NCBI GenBank assembly: GCA_964106915.2
Contig: OZ066917.1
DNA length: 64,000 nucleotides
Strand: one strand, 5' to 3'
From: Podarcis gaigeae
Lineage: Eukaryota
The notes beneath the pieces were generated by a model, which saw only the letters and a list, made by a program, of their open reading frames with translations, had not been told where the DNA came from and did not search any database. Below are positions 38,501 to 53,500 of the stretch, piece by piece. Made by a program: the position numbers and the translations under genes. Position 1 is the stretch's first letter. Every line of letters starts with the position of its first letter.

Positions 38501-41500
38501 GGACAAAAGAATAATTATTTCCTTAGCTGAAGAGTTGGATACCTTGAACACTTCTTTTAACCTTAAAATACCAAGTATTTTCATATGACAGTAAAATTTT
38601 CTATAGCTGAATTCAAGGTCATAAAAGTTTTAAGGTTCTTCAATAATTACAATTCACTATTTTCAATAACATGACTCATGTTGATAAGATGACTGAATTT
38701 AATCACTCCTCTCCCTCAATCTAATTATTTACCTACTTTACCACACAAGGACAAATAATTTGTGATAGAGCCGGCTGAATAATATCTCTAATGAATTTGA
38801 TTTTGTTGTTGTTGGTGGAAGTCCTTACCTGTTCTGTTAAACAAACTCAGAGATCATGAGTATATATTGTAAAAGGTCCAGAAGCAAGAAATTCCATCCC
38901 GCAACCAGCCATGTCTTGGTTATCACAAAGAGAGAATGTGAACACCTACAGATCACAGATGTGCAAGTGCTGTTATTTTTAGAGCTGATTTAAAATAACT
39001 TCATCGCCAACTGCACTTAAGGCAAGAATGAATTGTGACTTTCTAAAACATGGATTTAGCACTCCTTTTTAAAGGGTCCGTTATAATTAAAATAATAGCA
39101 AACTGCTTGAATTGATAGGTGACACATAGTGCTTGCACACTTTTAGAGCCTGCCTATAAAGCAACTCTCTACACTCCTGGCTGGATATTGTGCCAGTCAA
39201 CTAAATCACACAAAGTAGAAAAGATAGGTATATAATTTAACCATTGAGGTTGCCTTTTCTGACATTAAGTCTTTCAAACTGGATTACAGCCCATAGTTAA
39301 AACAAAATATAATTTTAAAAAACACTTAAAATTAACCAGTGAACTAACTAGAGTTTGTTTTTTAAAAAACACTGGCGTATCAACAATTAGCAACAAATGA
39401 TAAAAAAATAAAATCGGAGTCCACAAAAGTTCTGTTGCAAAATGTACATTTTAACCAACCACCTGAAACTCTGAACTGAAGAAGAATGATACGATTTCCC
39501 TTGGGAAGACTTTTCACATACAAGTTCCATCTTGTTTTATTTATAACTGCCACTGCTTAATTTATGTAACGACAGATTGATTTTATTAAACTCTTGTTTA
39601 ATAGTTGCTAAATGATATTTGCATCCATGAACATACTGTAAAGATCTCTGTGAAGCCATGGTCTTCAAAAAGCAGAACACTCGTGTTAAATAAATAAGCA
39701 AGCTCACCTGTGAACCACCCCTGCACGATGTAGGTGTTCAACAGCCAAGATAAGCTGCCGGATGTATTTGCGTGCTTCATGCTCTTCCAGCCGCTTTTTC
39801 TCATAGATTTTGTGCATCAAGTTGCCCCCTGGGCACAGCTCCATAACAAGGTAGTAGCTGTTTTCCGTTTCCAAGATATCCAGCAGCTGAGCAATGTAAG
39901 GGTGTCGGATCATCTGCTGGATCTGTCCCTCCCGCCTCAGATTCTTGGTAACATAGGTGTCCTTTTTGGCTCTTTTCTTATCAATAACTTTCACTGCCAC
40001 CTGATGGGAAAGAAAGACAAGCCATAGTTATTATTACTATTCTTGTTATTGCTCCTAACTCGAACTGTTCAATCATAACATTAACCTGAAAAAGCCGGGG
40101 GGGGGGGGGGGAGAAACACAGAAAGAAGGAACTGGATGGGGGGGGAGTGAGAGCTGAATTATACGAATATAATCTTAATCCTCCAGTGATGCGGTCTTAC
40201 ATGTATGGTGTTTGCTTTAAACAATTTTCAATGTTGTGTTTAAAGTTGTTGTTCCTACCCTGGGACCTTATGGTGAAAAGTGGCTAGTACATTTATAAAT
40301 ATTATTATTAATATTAATATTACTGTACCTCCAAATGCAATACTAATTTAATTATGTCCAACACAGTTGGTTAAGTAGCAATTTGTGACTTCTAAGCAAT
40401 CCAATTGGGGCCCAGGTGGCGCTGTGGGTTAAACCACAGAGCCTAGGACTTGCCGATCAGAAGGTCGGCAGTTTAAATCCCTGCAACGGGGTGAGATCCC
40501 GTTACTCGGTCCCAGCTCCTGCCAACCTAGCAGTTCGAAAGCACAAAGTGCAAGTAGATAAATAGGTACCGCTCCAGCGGGAAGGTAAACAGCGTTTCTG
40601 TGCGCTGCTCTGGTTCGCCAGAAGCGGCTTAGTCATGCTGGCCACATGACCTGGAAGCTGTCTGCAGACAAACGCCGGCTCCCTCGGCCAATAAAGCGAG
40701 ATGAGCGCCGCAGCTCCAGAGTCGGTCACGACTGGACCTAATGGTCAGGGGTCCCTTTACCTTTAAGCAATCCAGTTCTAAGCATTTGGTGATCAGCAGA
40801 ACCCTCAAAAGCAAAACCTACAGTACTTAATTCATACCATATTGAATGTTATTTTTCTAATTTACCCAAATAAGTAAATGTGAGGTATCCAACAAATATC
40901 CTTTTATTTTAAATTGACTTCTGTATCTTGATTCCAATTATTTAATTACTAAGCATTTGCATTTACATAACCTAAAAGCAGATTTCTAGGTCACAAGCAT
41001 TTACTGATGTTTATTATGACATCTGTGGTATGAGCAGCAAAAGAATTATGCTAATAACCATTCCTCTTTCGCAGCCTATTTCTTCAGAGTCCTATGGCAA
41101 AGGAAATGATCATACCTTGCAAATGAGATCTATTAGCTCATTGTTCATTACTGCCAGCTTATTAGAATGGAAAAGGGAACTCGCTGTTCTTTCATGCTGT
41201 TGAGCTTTGCACTGAAATCAGTTTAAAAGGTTCCTGCCCATACAAAACAAAATTCAAAGTGGTGAAGACTCTTAGTTTAGTGGTAGAGCACATAGTCTTC
41301 ATGCAAAAAGCATCATGGGAAAGTTTAATCCCCAGCATCTCCAAATGGGACTCTAGCTTTGACGGACCCCAGACAACCTATCCTTCGGCAGGCCAACCTA
41401 CATAGCTGCAACGGAAATGTTTCAATCAGTGCTGGTGCCTGGGTCTAGCTACCCTTTCCCATGATGCTTCTGACCATTGCGGAACACTGACATGATGGCT

Positions 41501-44500
41501 GGATTCAGTCACATGAGGCACTTTTTGGAATTCTTGTTAATTACACGTTTCTTCAAGTATAACACTTTTAGGCCAAATCTATCATCCCAATGCCAAGTCT
41601 ACATTACACGAATGTTCTTTTCCTTGTCAACTTATAAGATCTCCTGCTCTTTTCAACAATAACCTTCACTATATCTACATTTAATAACACTGCCCAAACT
41701 ACAGGATCACCCTGATTTCAACAGCCTTTTCCAGAAAAGTTGCTGAGGTGATGACAATAAACATTAGTTTAAACAAGAAAAGTAGCTCTCAGAAGCAGCC
41801 TCCAGGATACAGTTGACAGAAAAGGAGCAGAAGAGTTGCTGATGTGGAAGACTCAATGGCAGCTTACACTCCCAGTGCTTCCAGTTTTCTATGCCTGAGA
41901 ATAAGTGATTAATATTTCTATGTTCAGTGTGAAAAGTTGCCTGGGGGAAACTAATGGAAAGGGGATGGGCTGGCCAGGCCAGCTGACAAGGCCTTCAAAA
42001 CTGAGCAAAAATTAGTTTTAACTAGATAACACGAAGGTCAAGCAATGCTCACAAGGCAGCTGCACGATGGAAATTAACATTTGCAAAAATGCCAGGAAGC
42101 AACATATCACTGTGTTGAAATGAGGTAGTTTGGTTACAACTTAAAACACTGAAAATCACAACTTCTTTTGCACTCTTAAATGTGGAGTGAGGGTAGATTC
42201 AGGCAACCAGGAACTACTAAACCCCCATGTTCACAATGAGAGGCATTGTAGCAGTTCCCACATGGTTAACAGTCATCTGAATCCACTGTCTTAAACCAAA
42301 AAACTGAATGTGCTTTTCTCCCAATGAAGTTAGAACAATAACTCAGATTAGCATAATGTGTTTAAACAAGCTATCCTTAAGGATTAGTCTGCTGAGGACA
42401 AATTAATTCATGCATATTGAAAGGTTGTTTCCTGTTGGCAGAATAGGAAATACCACTTGCAGGCGGAAACAGAAAAGTAATGTTGGTTTCCCCCAGGATT
42501 GAAAGACACAGGAAGAAACAGAAATCTGTTGTTTGAAGTGCTTTATGAATCACATCTCTCCCATACCAACAAGTCATCCCTACCTCATTGAATATAACAG
42601 TTCATTGTTGAACACCACTAAGAGGTGAACTACATGTTACATGCATGCAACAAAGAAAGCCCCGACAGTTTTTTAAAAAAATAAAAAGCAATCTTAACAT
42701 TCACATTGTTTTAAAACCTATTACAGTTGTTCTTATTGTACAATTTTTAATAGCCTCAAGACTTAAGTGAACAGCAATACATTAATAAAATAATTTTGAT
42801 GGGGGGGAAGCTCAACTGGCTCTGGTAGGTGGAGGCAACCAAGGCGGGGTGGTTTGTAAGACCCAATAATCACAGAAATGTGTCTTCCACCTCAAGGCAC
42901 AACCTTGCAGTTTCCTTATTTAAACTCATCTGGAACATTTGCTAAGGAGTGGAGAAAACACAACAGCTTTCCTACCACCCACAAAACTCCAGAATCCAAC
43001 GTAGGATTCTTCCACCAACTTTTGCTCTTAATTACTAATATGATTACAGTACAATTAACTGAATTAAAATTGTTTGCAAAATCAAAAGTATTAAAATGTA
43101 TTAATAACAACTGAAATTGAAGCAGGTGTGCATAGGTGAGAAATGCCTGAAAACATAGGTCTGTTAGTTTAACAACCTAAAAATGGCACTCAGAATACTT
43201 CCAGATGAGGACTTAGTATGCAAATGGATCATTCAGTTATCTCAAACAGATAGTTGTGTTTTTTACTAATCGGATTTTGCCTGGAAAGGGAAATGCAGAC
43301 GAAATGGGAAAATATGAGCTGGTATCTGAATGCTACTGATGCCATGTGGATGCAGGAAAAAACCTGCATGCATGAAGAACACAATAGGCATCCATCTAGA
43401 ACCACGCTTAGACAATTTGCTATATTCTTTTACCGCTCAATCCTATGCATGTCTACTTGAAAATAAGCCTAACTGTGTTTAATGGGGCTTATTCCCAATG
43501 GAAATGGAAACAACTTTCCATTTATGGTATCATACCCTAATACAACCTTGTGCCCACCAGACTGCTCTTTACACATAGCTGTTTCATCTGCATCACAATG
43601 CTTTGATGAGGGGGCCGAACTAAAAGTAGCACTTATTTCTTAGAAGTTATGGTGTTCTTGTACATAATAAATGCATATGAGCTAATTAATTTTGCCTCAC
43701 AAGTCTGTTGCAAAGTTCAACTGGGTAGGAGAAGGGCAAGGGTTAAAGTTTTTTTAAAACAACAACAACAACAACTTGGCTTATTTAGACCATTTTTCTT
43801 TAATCCTGCTCTTTGTAAACACCCCATGGTGCTGGGACCTCCTTCTCCTTATATGCTTTATGTGCAACTCTGGTTTTACTTCCAATAAATAATTCAAGTC
43901 CTGGCGTTCGTAAAATATCCTGCTGGTGGGAAACAAAACACCAGCTCCCACAATTAAATTGAGAAAAGGCTTTAAAAAGCAAAGACAAGTTTACTGTAAA
44001 GCTGAACTTCAGTGGTATGGAAAATCACTGAAAGCAGTCGAGCTTTATAAAGAGCCCAAATCATTATGCAGAACCTGGGATGTGTTTTTTTGCAGTGTAA
44101 ATGTCCATTTCTCTTTACAACTTTTCCTGAGAAGTCCCAGAGTCTTCTAGTTAAAGTATACTGTAATCTGAACGAATATAAATGTAACTGGGAATTTCTT
44201 TTACAAAAAAGCACCCTCCCTAATATTTACCAGTACTGTACTGTGTTATTTTCTCATATGGCAAATCCAAATGATTACAGGATGTTAGTTTACCATTTTC
44301 AGTGCCCTGAAGTGGGCATGAAAAACTCTGCCTTGCAGGGATTGCTAGGGTACGTTGCCGGGACGGTGGGATGCTTTACTGTAGCCCTGGAGAAGCCTGA
44401 GAAACAGGAGAACTTCTCCACAGCTTCAAGGAAATAGGTCAATGGACTTTCCCAGAAACTGGAGTGAAGTGTGGTGCTCCAAATAATCAGTCTGTCTGGC

Positions 44501-47500
44501 TTGAGGGCCTACAACCCATTGGTTATAGAGGAGCATCAAGGGAAGACTTAGGATTCGGAGAAGCACATGGGGAAAGGACCAAAAAAAATGGCTGGAAGGG
44601 AATTGTCACTGATGCACATTGGCCATACAAATGATCTCTGATTCATGTAAGGGAGTTAGTGCTTCATCCAGTTTGGGTGTGTACAGGTGTACTATGTTAT
44701 AATTAGCAGGCAGGGTGAGTATACATGTACCATTCACAACAGAGATGTACTTTTCCCAGCTGTGGTGAATCTTTAAATAATAACACTTTTTCAGATTTTC
44801 ACCTAAAAATTAGGTTGGATAGCGCACAGAGGACGGCAACCAAGATGATCAAGGGTCTGGAAACCTAAAATAAATATCTTCTTATTGAAAGAGTCCCCTT
44901 TTTGCTTTCATGTCCCATGATTATAAAATAGAAAATCCCCGAAGCCTAAGGTCTGAGGGCAAAACCTAAGGTCAGATTCCTCAGATGCTTGTCTAACCAT
45001 GTACCAGTTCATGATTTTATGACAGTGCAAACCAATGCTTAACTTTAAGATTAGGCTGCTTTTTAAGATGCTTTACACATCAGGATAAAATGACTCCATT
45101 CCCCTGCACAATTTCCCCCCAGATTCTCTTACAAAATGATGTCATATCATCAAATACTTAAAAAAAAAATATTCAATGCACATTAGATATGATGACACAT
45201 TTACATTCACCAGGAAATACCTTTTTTGGTTTCAAGGATTTCAAAACTGAGGTGCACATTAGATTTGATGGTGCATTAGACTCAAGTAAATACAGTGGCA
45301 CCTTGGGTTAAGAACTTAATTCGTTCTGGAGGTCTGTTCTTAACTTGAAACTGTTCTTAACCTGAAGCACCACTTTAGCTAAGGGGGCCTCCCACTGCCG
45401 CCACACGATTTCTGTTCTCATCCTGAAGGAAAGTTCTTAACCTGAGGTACTATTTCTGGGTTAGCAGAGTCTGTAACCTGAAGCGTCTGTAACCTGAAGT
45501 GTCTGTAACCCGAGCTACCACTGTACAGTATTATTGCTGATAGGAGCAGATCAGGACAGAATTCCAAATACAGTGCAAGCTGCTAAATTTATCATCACAG
45601 CTCTATGTTTCTATGACATTGTGCCAAATTGTCAGATTCAGTCATAGTAATTTGGAGCAGACCTGAGTGAAGAATGCAGCCTCCAGGTCCGCTCCCCAAG
45701 CCCTGCCACAGGCCGCCAGATAGGCTAGATTTGAAATACTGGCCACCCATGATGCTCTGTGGCAGCCGGGGAAGCTTCCAATGGCCAAAACAACATGGCA
45801 AGGCTTTGGAGGCGCCGCAGCTGAAATCAAGTAAGTGGCCATTCTAACACTGAAATTTGTTTGAATGTTGCATGTTTCCCCTCTCCAGCTCTAATCAAAC
45901 ATCTACTCCATTTCCCCCAGCCCCATTTTAAATAGGGGTAGATAGTGGCCCCTACTCTCATCCACTGCACAATCAATGGACAGCATATTGTCATCTCTGA
46001 ATCAGAAGTTCAAACTATCTCACAAGCACTGAAATTCAGTCGCAGTGGAAATCTCCATCCCATCTGTTTTATTATACAGTAAACAGTAACTGAGTGAGTG
46101 GAGGCTTATAGTTAAAAGCTGCATCTTCAGATTTAATCATTTAAGGATGGAACTATTCAAGGATTAGAGATGGTGTCAGATTCATTTGGTATTTGTTCTT
46201 TACTGCTTGTTCTGGTAATTAAAAAGACTGAAGGACACAAAACAGAACATTTCAATGCAGCCTACAAAGCTTTTTTTCAAAAAACCACACGCGCACACAC
46301 ACAACCAACCCTGAGGTTTATAAGTTTAAGAAAAGGATTTTCAAACCAAATCCATGTCTTGAAATAGATCAACACTTTCCCCAAATAAAAAAAGGGAAAT
46401 CCTTCAGTGCAAGTTGCCAGGCTGTGAACTGTGTACACACAGCTGTAACTACTCTGTTCCCAAGAGAGGTGGGATTCAAAGGAATGTTCTTTTACTGCTT
46501 CAAGATAACATTTCTTGCATTACAAGCCAAATTTGGTAAGGCACTTAAACATGAACCTTACTTTAATTTCAGGAGTAGTTCCAGTGAAATGGAAGCAATT
46601 TAAGTGACTCCCATACTTTCTGTAAGGGCAGTTCCCATGACTCAATAGATGAGTTGTGAACGTGTGTTAGAATGTAAGAAATGACTTGCTGGATTAGAAC
46701 AAAGGACAATGAAGTTCAGCACCTTGCCTCCAACAGTAATCAGTCAGATGACCTTACAAAATTCATAAGCAGAACATTCCCTGTTGTTTGTTCTTTGCAT
46801 TTGGCGACCATAACACATGATTATTCTGTGCAGCACAGTACGTCTACTTCTTTCCTCAAGGCTTAACGTTTCCCAAGCCCTCCAATTACAATACTTTGTT
46901 TCTAGGAAAATTCTATTCACCCCCCCCCCAATAGAGTATCTATTACATCTATGACTGCTGTGTAGAATGAGGTAGTATGAGGATTATGGGTATTTGCTGG
47001 ATTTGACATCATTTGTGATTAGTGACAATTTGCTCACCCACGGTCACCTTTCAAATAAATTGTTTATTTACTGCTCCTTTACATGATAAGGCTTAAACAA
47101 TCCACACTTACCTATGAATATGTCATTCCACCACTGCAGCACACAACAGTAGGATTGCTTATGTAGCCATTCAAAAAAAATGAAGAGATAAACACCAGCA
47201 AGGTTACTTCTACCACAAAAATATTTGGCACTTTGGAAGCTTTTTCTTTCTTAAAATTATATGAAGACTAGAAGCCCATCTCCCTCATTGCTAGGGTGTG
47301 TATACTCTCATATCTTTTTTAAGGTGGTAGACAAGAGTACAGCTAATCAACCCCTGCCCGTTGTTGCACATATCCAAGTTTTGTGATACAGCTCTCTCTT
47401 TAAAAATACACAAAATGCCTAGAAAGCACCATTTCAAGAAAACACACTCAGAAATAGATTTAAAAGGTTAAAAGCAAAATGCATTCCGATCTACATATTC

Positions 47501-50500
47501 TTATATGTAGATAGGAGAGAATCCTTCATGCTTTTTGAAAGAACAAACTACTGTTCAATGCAGAAACACAATGGAATAAAAAATCAATGAATCAAAAAAT
47601 GGAAAGAATATTTCCATTCAAATGCATTTGCCTTCAAATATAAGTTGCAACAAATTTTAAAATATGTAATTATTAAAATTACATATTTTAATGTCAACAA
47701 CAGACACACATGCATCCCATAAAATCATTTATCTAAAATCTAAATAATAGTCATTCAAGTCAATGAAGTCACATGCATTCGCAATGCTTTCTCTAGCATT
47801 AAACTTTGGTAAAGCCAAAGGTTTCTACTTTATCGCTGACTTCATTGTTGTTGTTATATTATTCCGATAAATATTATTTCATTCTGCATGCACATCAGAA
47901 CCTGCAATTCTTTGTTTAGGGCAGAGTTCGCTAATCCTGCACCCATGGGCACCAGATTGGTGCCAGCCCTGCTAGAAAGAAAGATATTGGGCAAATTAGA
48001 GTGGTGTGGCTACCTTGCATATTTTTCCTAGTGCTGAAGAATGTTCCCTTTTGTTGTTAGACAGCAACAGCAACAGCATCATTGTGTGTGTGTGATGATC
48101 TCGATAATCGGGACCAACAGGATACAGCTGACTTCCTGTGGTAAGCATAAGGCTGTTGGGAGTGGTTGTCTCTCTAATTTTGTGTTATGCCACAGTCCCC
48201 ATGGCAGCCATTTTGTTACTGATGCCGCCATCACTATCAAAATTTGAAATGTGCCCACTAGGTTGGCAATCCCTGTTTTAAGTCATTAAAAATCCCTTCT
48301 AATTTACCAGGCTATGCTAACAACCTTCCCCTCACGACAACTGTCCATTCCTTCCCTCCCTCTTTAAAGTGGGAGACAGGAGAATTACTACCCCCACCCA
48401 CCCCTGAAGCAAGAATTACGTTTCTCATATTATAGTATCAGCAACAGAAATTTAACATCTGAAGTAAGTTAATTTGCTCAATAATTCACCAGATATTTTC
48501 CAAACAAGGATTCTGGCATTACATAAATAATGTGAAACATGCATGCTCCTTGTGCCATTAAAAACTAGAAATCCAGGTTAAGCTTAAAATACTGTTGACA
48601 AAGAGGAAAGGAATTTCAATGGGCAGTTGCAGAAATGAATGAGGAGTCTTGTGCATGATTGCTGTGACAGATGAAATACCTGTTAAGACAAGCATGGTCT
48701 GTTTCCTTTTGTTGACCAAAGCTGAATACTGTACATAACTGCCCATGAAGTAAATCAGGTTTCCAACTGCTATAAAACAGAGGTTTTTCTGGTCCTTTTA
48801 AGTTAGATGAACTAAGAAAACACAGAGCTCAAATAAAGCCAAACAAAAGTAATGCCTGGGTCACAAATGTATCCTACCTAGCTGGTTTTGATAATAGAAC
48901 AACTAGACTTTTTAATGTTGCAAATGTCTTCTGTCACAATGAGATAGATGAGACTTCTCAGATTACATGTGGCAAAACAAAAGCAGAAAACCCATGCCAA
49001 GTAATAATGTTATTTTAATAGTCAAGCCTAACGTGAAAATACTTGTTTGCAGAACTTACAAAATGACAACATTAATTTATCTATAAGGATACATGTAAAT
49101 GTTCCTATTTGAGATGTGGTGTTGAAATGTACATTTAGCTATTCCAAAGCAGTAATGACTCACTGTTCTTTATAGTTTTTCTACAGCAAATGTATGCCAT
49201 AGCAAAACAGTAGTACTGCTCTTTTGACACACAGGGGATTTCAGTTCTGGTATTACCAGCTATGCTGAATTATGGACTTGGGCAGCAGGATGCTTCAGTT
49301 GTGCGCACACAAGCTATCTTCCTCTCACTCTTTTGCCCCAGTGTGCTCCTGGACAATCCAGATGCTCCACGAGAAACACAGAAATTACTTGCATGTAAGT
49401 AGACTGGCTGCCATTTCATGTTGTCAGCTGGGGCATTTGTTCACAAGTATAACTGTTGACGAAGCGGGCTAAAGCTAGGCCCTTGACACAGAAGACGCGA
49501 ACCTTGCCATGCAAGGAAGTCAACAAGGCTATGTTCCAGTTGTTAATTTGGATCCCATTTTTTTCTTTCTCAGGGAACAGATTAGAAGCTCGAGAGGTAG
49601 CATTCTCATTTTGAAATGGCATGTTTCAAGTTGAAGCGAACCTTCTTGAACACATCTGCTGCCAACAAAGGTTCTAATTAAACTGTTTTTATAAGAACCT
49701 AACCTGTTTCACTCAAAAAAGTGTGTTATTGATAATGTTCTTAGCACTGTTTTTGTTCAAATATTACTTGAGCATGGGGCTCAAATATCTGATGAGGGCC
49801 AAGTTACATAGGAATGCCTTTCCACCTCTTTATAGGCAACTCCCAATTTACGTGGGGGTTATGTTCCAAGGCACCACGTGTTTAAGTGAAATTGTGTATA
49901 TTTGAAACACCATTGGAAAAGGTGGCAAAATCAGAAGAGCGCTTGAGATCTCATCCTCATGTACACCTCCGTCTTTAAACTTTTCCAGGTATCTGTATGT
50001 GACAGACTAGCTGTCATTTCCCAACAGGAGAAGTAAAATGGAAAATGAGACGTATTAGAGCACATTATGCACCATTGGTGCTCTATGAGCTGGGTGCCCC
50101 CCTCCTGCATTTCTAAGCCAGAAAAGGGCTTGGGCTGAATAAGAAATCATGAGAGAGAAAATTACGCAACAACGAGCTTTCTTTCAGGTTTACTTCTCCG
50201 TTATACATATATTCACAAATCTGTCCTTCTGCCCCCACTCCATCTTGTCCTTCCAAGCTAAGAAAATCCAGAGGAAAGAGATACAGAAGGCCATGCAAGG
50301 AAAAGAGTTCTCTCTCTCATTTTTCTCTTTGGGCAGATGTGTTGGAGAAAGGGGGACAAAGGAAAGTTCTTGCTCCCTCACCCTCCACACTATACACAAC
50401 CAGTGACTTTATATAGAATATTTTATGAAGCTTTATAGCAACATCTCAGAATTGACCAATGAATATGTCAGTGTTCTCCCTGGTGTAACTAACTTCAAAA

Positions 50501-53500
50501 GGACTTCAAACCTAAATGAATCCAGTGGAGGGCATGCTTTAACTAACAAAACATTTATATACAAAAGCATGACTTCAAGAACAGGCATACAACCTTACAC
50601 ATCATAAAATTGCAAGAAATACAAACACATACAGAAGAAACCAGATGTGATTTTCACATAAGAATTCACCTGGTGTCAATTTAACCTAAACACTGGAATA
50701 TTTCCACCATCAGCCATCCACAAGTGAAATGATTATATGCGCAGGGGGTGGGGAGCTGAGGCTCTACCAATGTTCACTGCTGAAGATACTGTAAATTTGA
50801 AAGCAGATTACCTCAAGAGGATAAGTACCTGCCACATGTGCATTAATTCAGTCTACTGCAGAACACGTTGAAAATTTCAGCGGAAAAAACATTAATATGA
50901 ATTTCCTAGAATCCAGGCTAGGTTTGCAGACAATAGACTTTAATAGTAAATACCATTTCCCTTTCTAGAAACATGCAGTGTAGGATGACAATTTTAAATA
51001 GGCTTGTTACTTGAGTAGCCAAGGAAAGAACTGATTATGTAACGAATAATACACAGGTGACTGCACCTCAGCAGCGTGGTGCTTATCCTGACTTAAACAT
51101 TAAGCTATTTAAAATTTCCTGCACATGTTACGTCATGCCACCTTACCAAAGCAATAAGCCCTATCCCCTCCCCCACCATACAACCACTGGATGTGTTTTA
51201 AAACAACATATGACCTTTCTTGAAATATGACATTTGCACAGATTTAATATATATAAAAATTACAGCATCAATTGTGCCATATTAGACAATATTTCCTGCC
51301 ACAAGGTTCTATCCTTCTAATGCTGGCAGTTAGTCAGGTTTTCAGAACAAGAATGGCCTCCCATTGAACAGGCGGGGATGCTGCTGTGCACTGGAAGTTT
51401 TTGATCCCCATTCTGGCCACCAGGGTGACATAAGTGATTGGTACAGGTGTGTGGCCAGGCAGGCTAGTAAAGGTATTTGTGAACCTATTTGCAAGGCTAC
51501 AAAACCCAAATGGCTGAACGGGGAATGTTGCTTGTGCAGCAACGTTCTGTAAAACTTCCCACACACTGGTCAGAGTTCCAATGCAACTGAAAAAGCTGTA
51601 CAGTACCCCAAACTTAGGGGACCACTGGTAGGAAACTCTGATTCGATTCAGCAAGTGAAGTTTCTTTGAAAAAGCAGAACTGTGGCAGGCCTGGTTCAAA
51701 TGCAAAAGCCTCTGGATGCACAGATAATGTACTTTAGATCCCAACAACAACATTCAGACTTGAGATTTCTTTCCATTAATCCAAATTTGTTGCGTTTGTT
51801 CATTTTTAATAGGTCTCAGAAAAAGATAAAAATGTGTTTTTATTTATGTCGAGGCTTATATATCGAACAAGTATCTAGACAGGAAACAAAATACAGCATA
51901 AAAATATTTAGTTACATTTCACATTTTACAAACTTGACAGTATCTTTACAAATGAACAAAGAATCAACATTTGACCAGATTTAAGCCCACTTTTGCAGAT
52001 TGGATTTTGTGGTTAATGATAAAATTACAGGCAAATGAGGACTGAAAGGAAGTTACAATAAGGCATGGCAATTCTTACTGTGATATAAAGTTATTCATCT
52101 CATTTAGTCTGCTTGGGAGGAATGTGCTATCAAAAGATTAAGCATCTGTAACAGGAAACTTGAGCCAGGTGATCAAGTTCCTCACCTACATTGGCCAGCC
52201 AGAGGGATGGCAGCTTATACCATTCTTCATCCTAATTTAGTGTAAGAAAATGAGGAGAGAGGAAAAATTCCACTGGCTGTTTTATATGTTTTACAAAGAA
52301 TTTGTGCCTAACACTTCCCTTTAAACTGATGGTGAAGAAAATCACACTTTCTTTCTTTAAAAGTGTGTGTACAGGAAGTAACTCGGAGGGAATTACAAAA
52401 GGAAAACATGGGAAGATTAAATTTATCCGATGAAACAAAAACAAAGGAGCAAAGACACAATATTACCATTTTTGAAGTGTTACTCATACCATCCAATTTA
52501 GTTAAGGGGTTTCTTTCTTACATTCAGGGCTTGCCTGTACTGTACCTCCAAAATAAGTAGTCATAGAAACCCTGCCTGGCTTGATTATCCACTTTAAGGC
52601 CACTATATTGAGTGTGGTGGATTAAAGCCCAAATGCAAAGGAAAACATGATCACCAGGTCTCACCAATATGCAGTGTCTACACACTGAAATGTAGTTGCT
52701 GCTGCCCTTCTACTGGTCCCCTTACCCGCCATTCTCCCCTGGTTGCTGCTATACAAAAACATAGTGCTGCTCACTACAGCAGGCAGGAAGAGGGAGGAGA
52801 GGGCTGACGGAAGAAGACTCTACAGCCTCACTCTGACCTGGTGCATTTAAAGATGCATTCTCCACTGCTGGGTGAGGTCCTGGAAAGCCACCATAGAGCT
52901 AATTAATGATGGGATAATCAATAGCACAGTGGTTTAATGATAATGCACATATAGCCCAATAATAACCAAGGACCTTGATGCATCTTATATAGTTTCCCCC
53001 TCCTGTCCTGACAACAATACTATGAAGTACCATATTTTTCGCTCTATAAGACGCACCAGACCACAAGACGCACCTAGTTTTTGGAGGAGGAAAACAAGGG
53101 AAAAAATATTCTGAATCTCAGAAGCCAGAACAGCAAGAGGGATCGCTGCGCAGTGAAAGCAGCAATCCCTCTTGCTGTTCTGGCTTCTGGGATAGCTGCG
53201 CAGCCTGCATTCGCTCCATAAGATGCACACACATTTCCCCTTACTTTTTAGGAGGGAAAAAGTGAGTCCTATAGAGCAAAAAATACGGTACATTAGCCTG
53301 AGAAACAGGGATTGTCTGGAGGTCACCCAGCAAGCTTCACGGTTAGGTGGAGACTTGAACCTTGGGTCTGACACATATATAAACAAGCACATGTAATAAT
53401 CACAGTGCACAAGACTGGATTATCTCAAACACAACAACTACAGGAGAAATATATCTGAGGAAGATTACACTTTTGCCAGCATTTTTACTAACTAAAGCAA

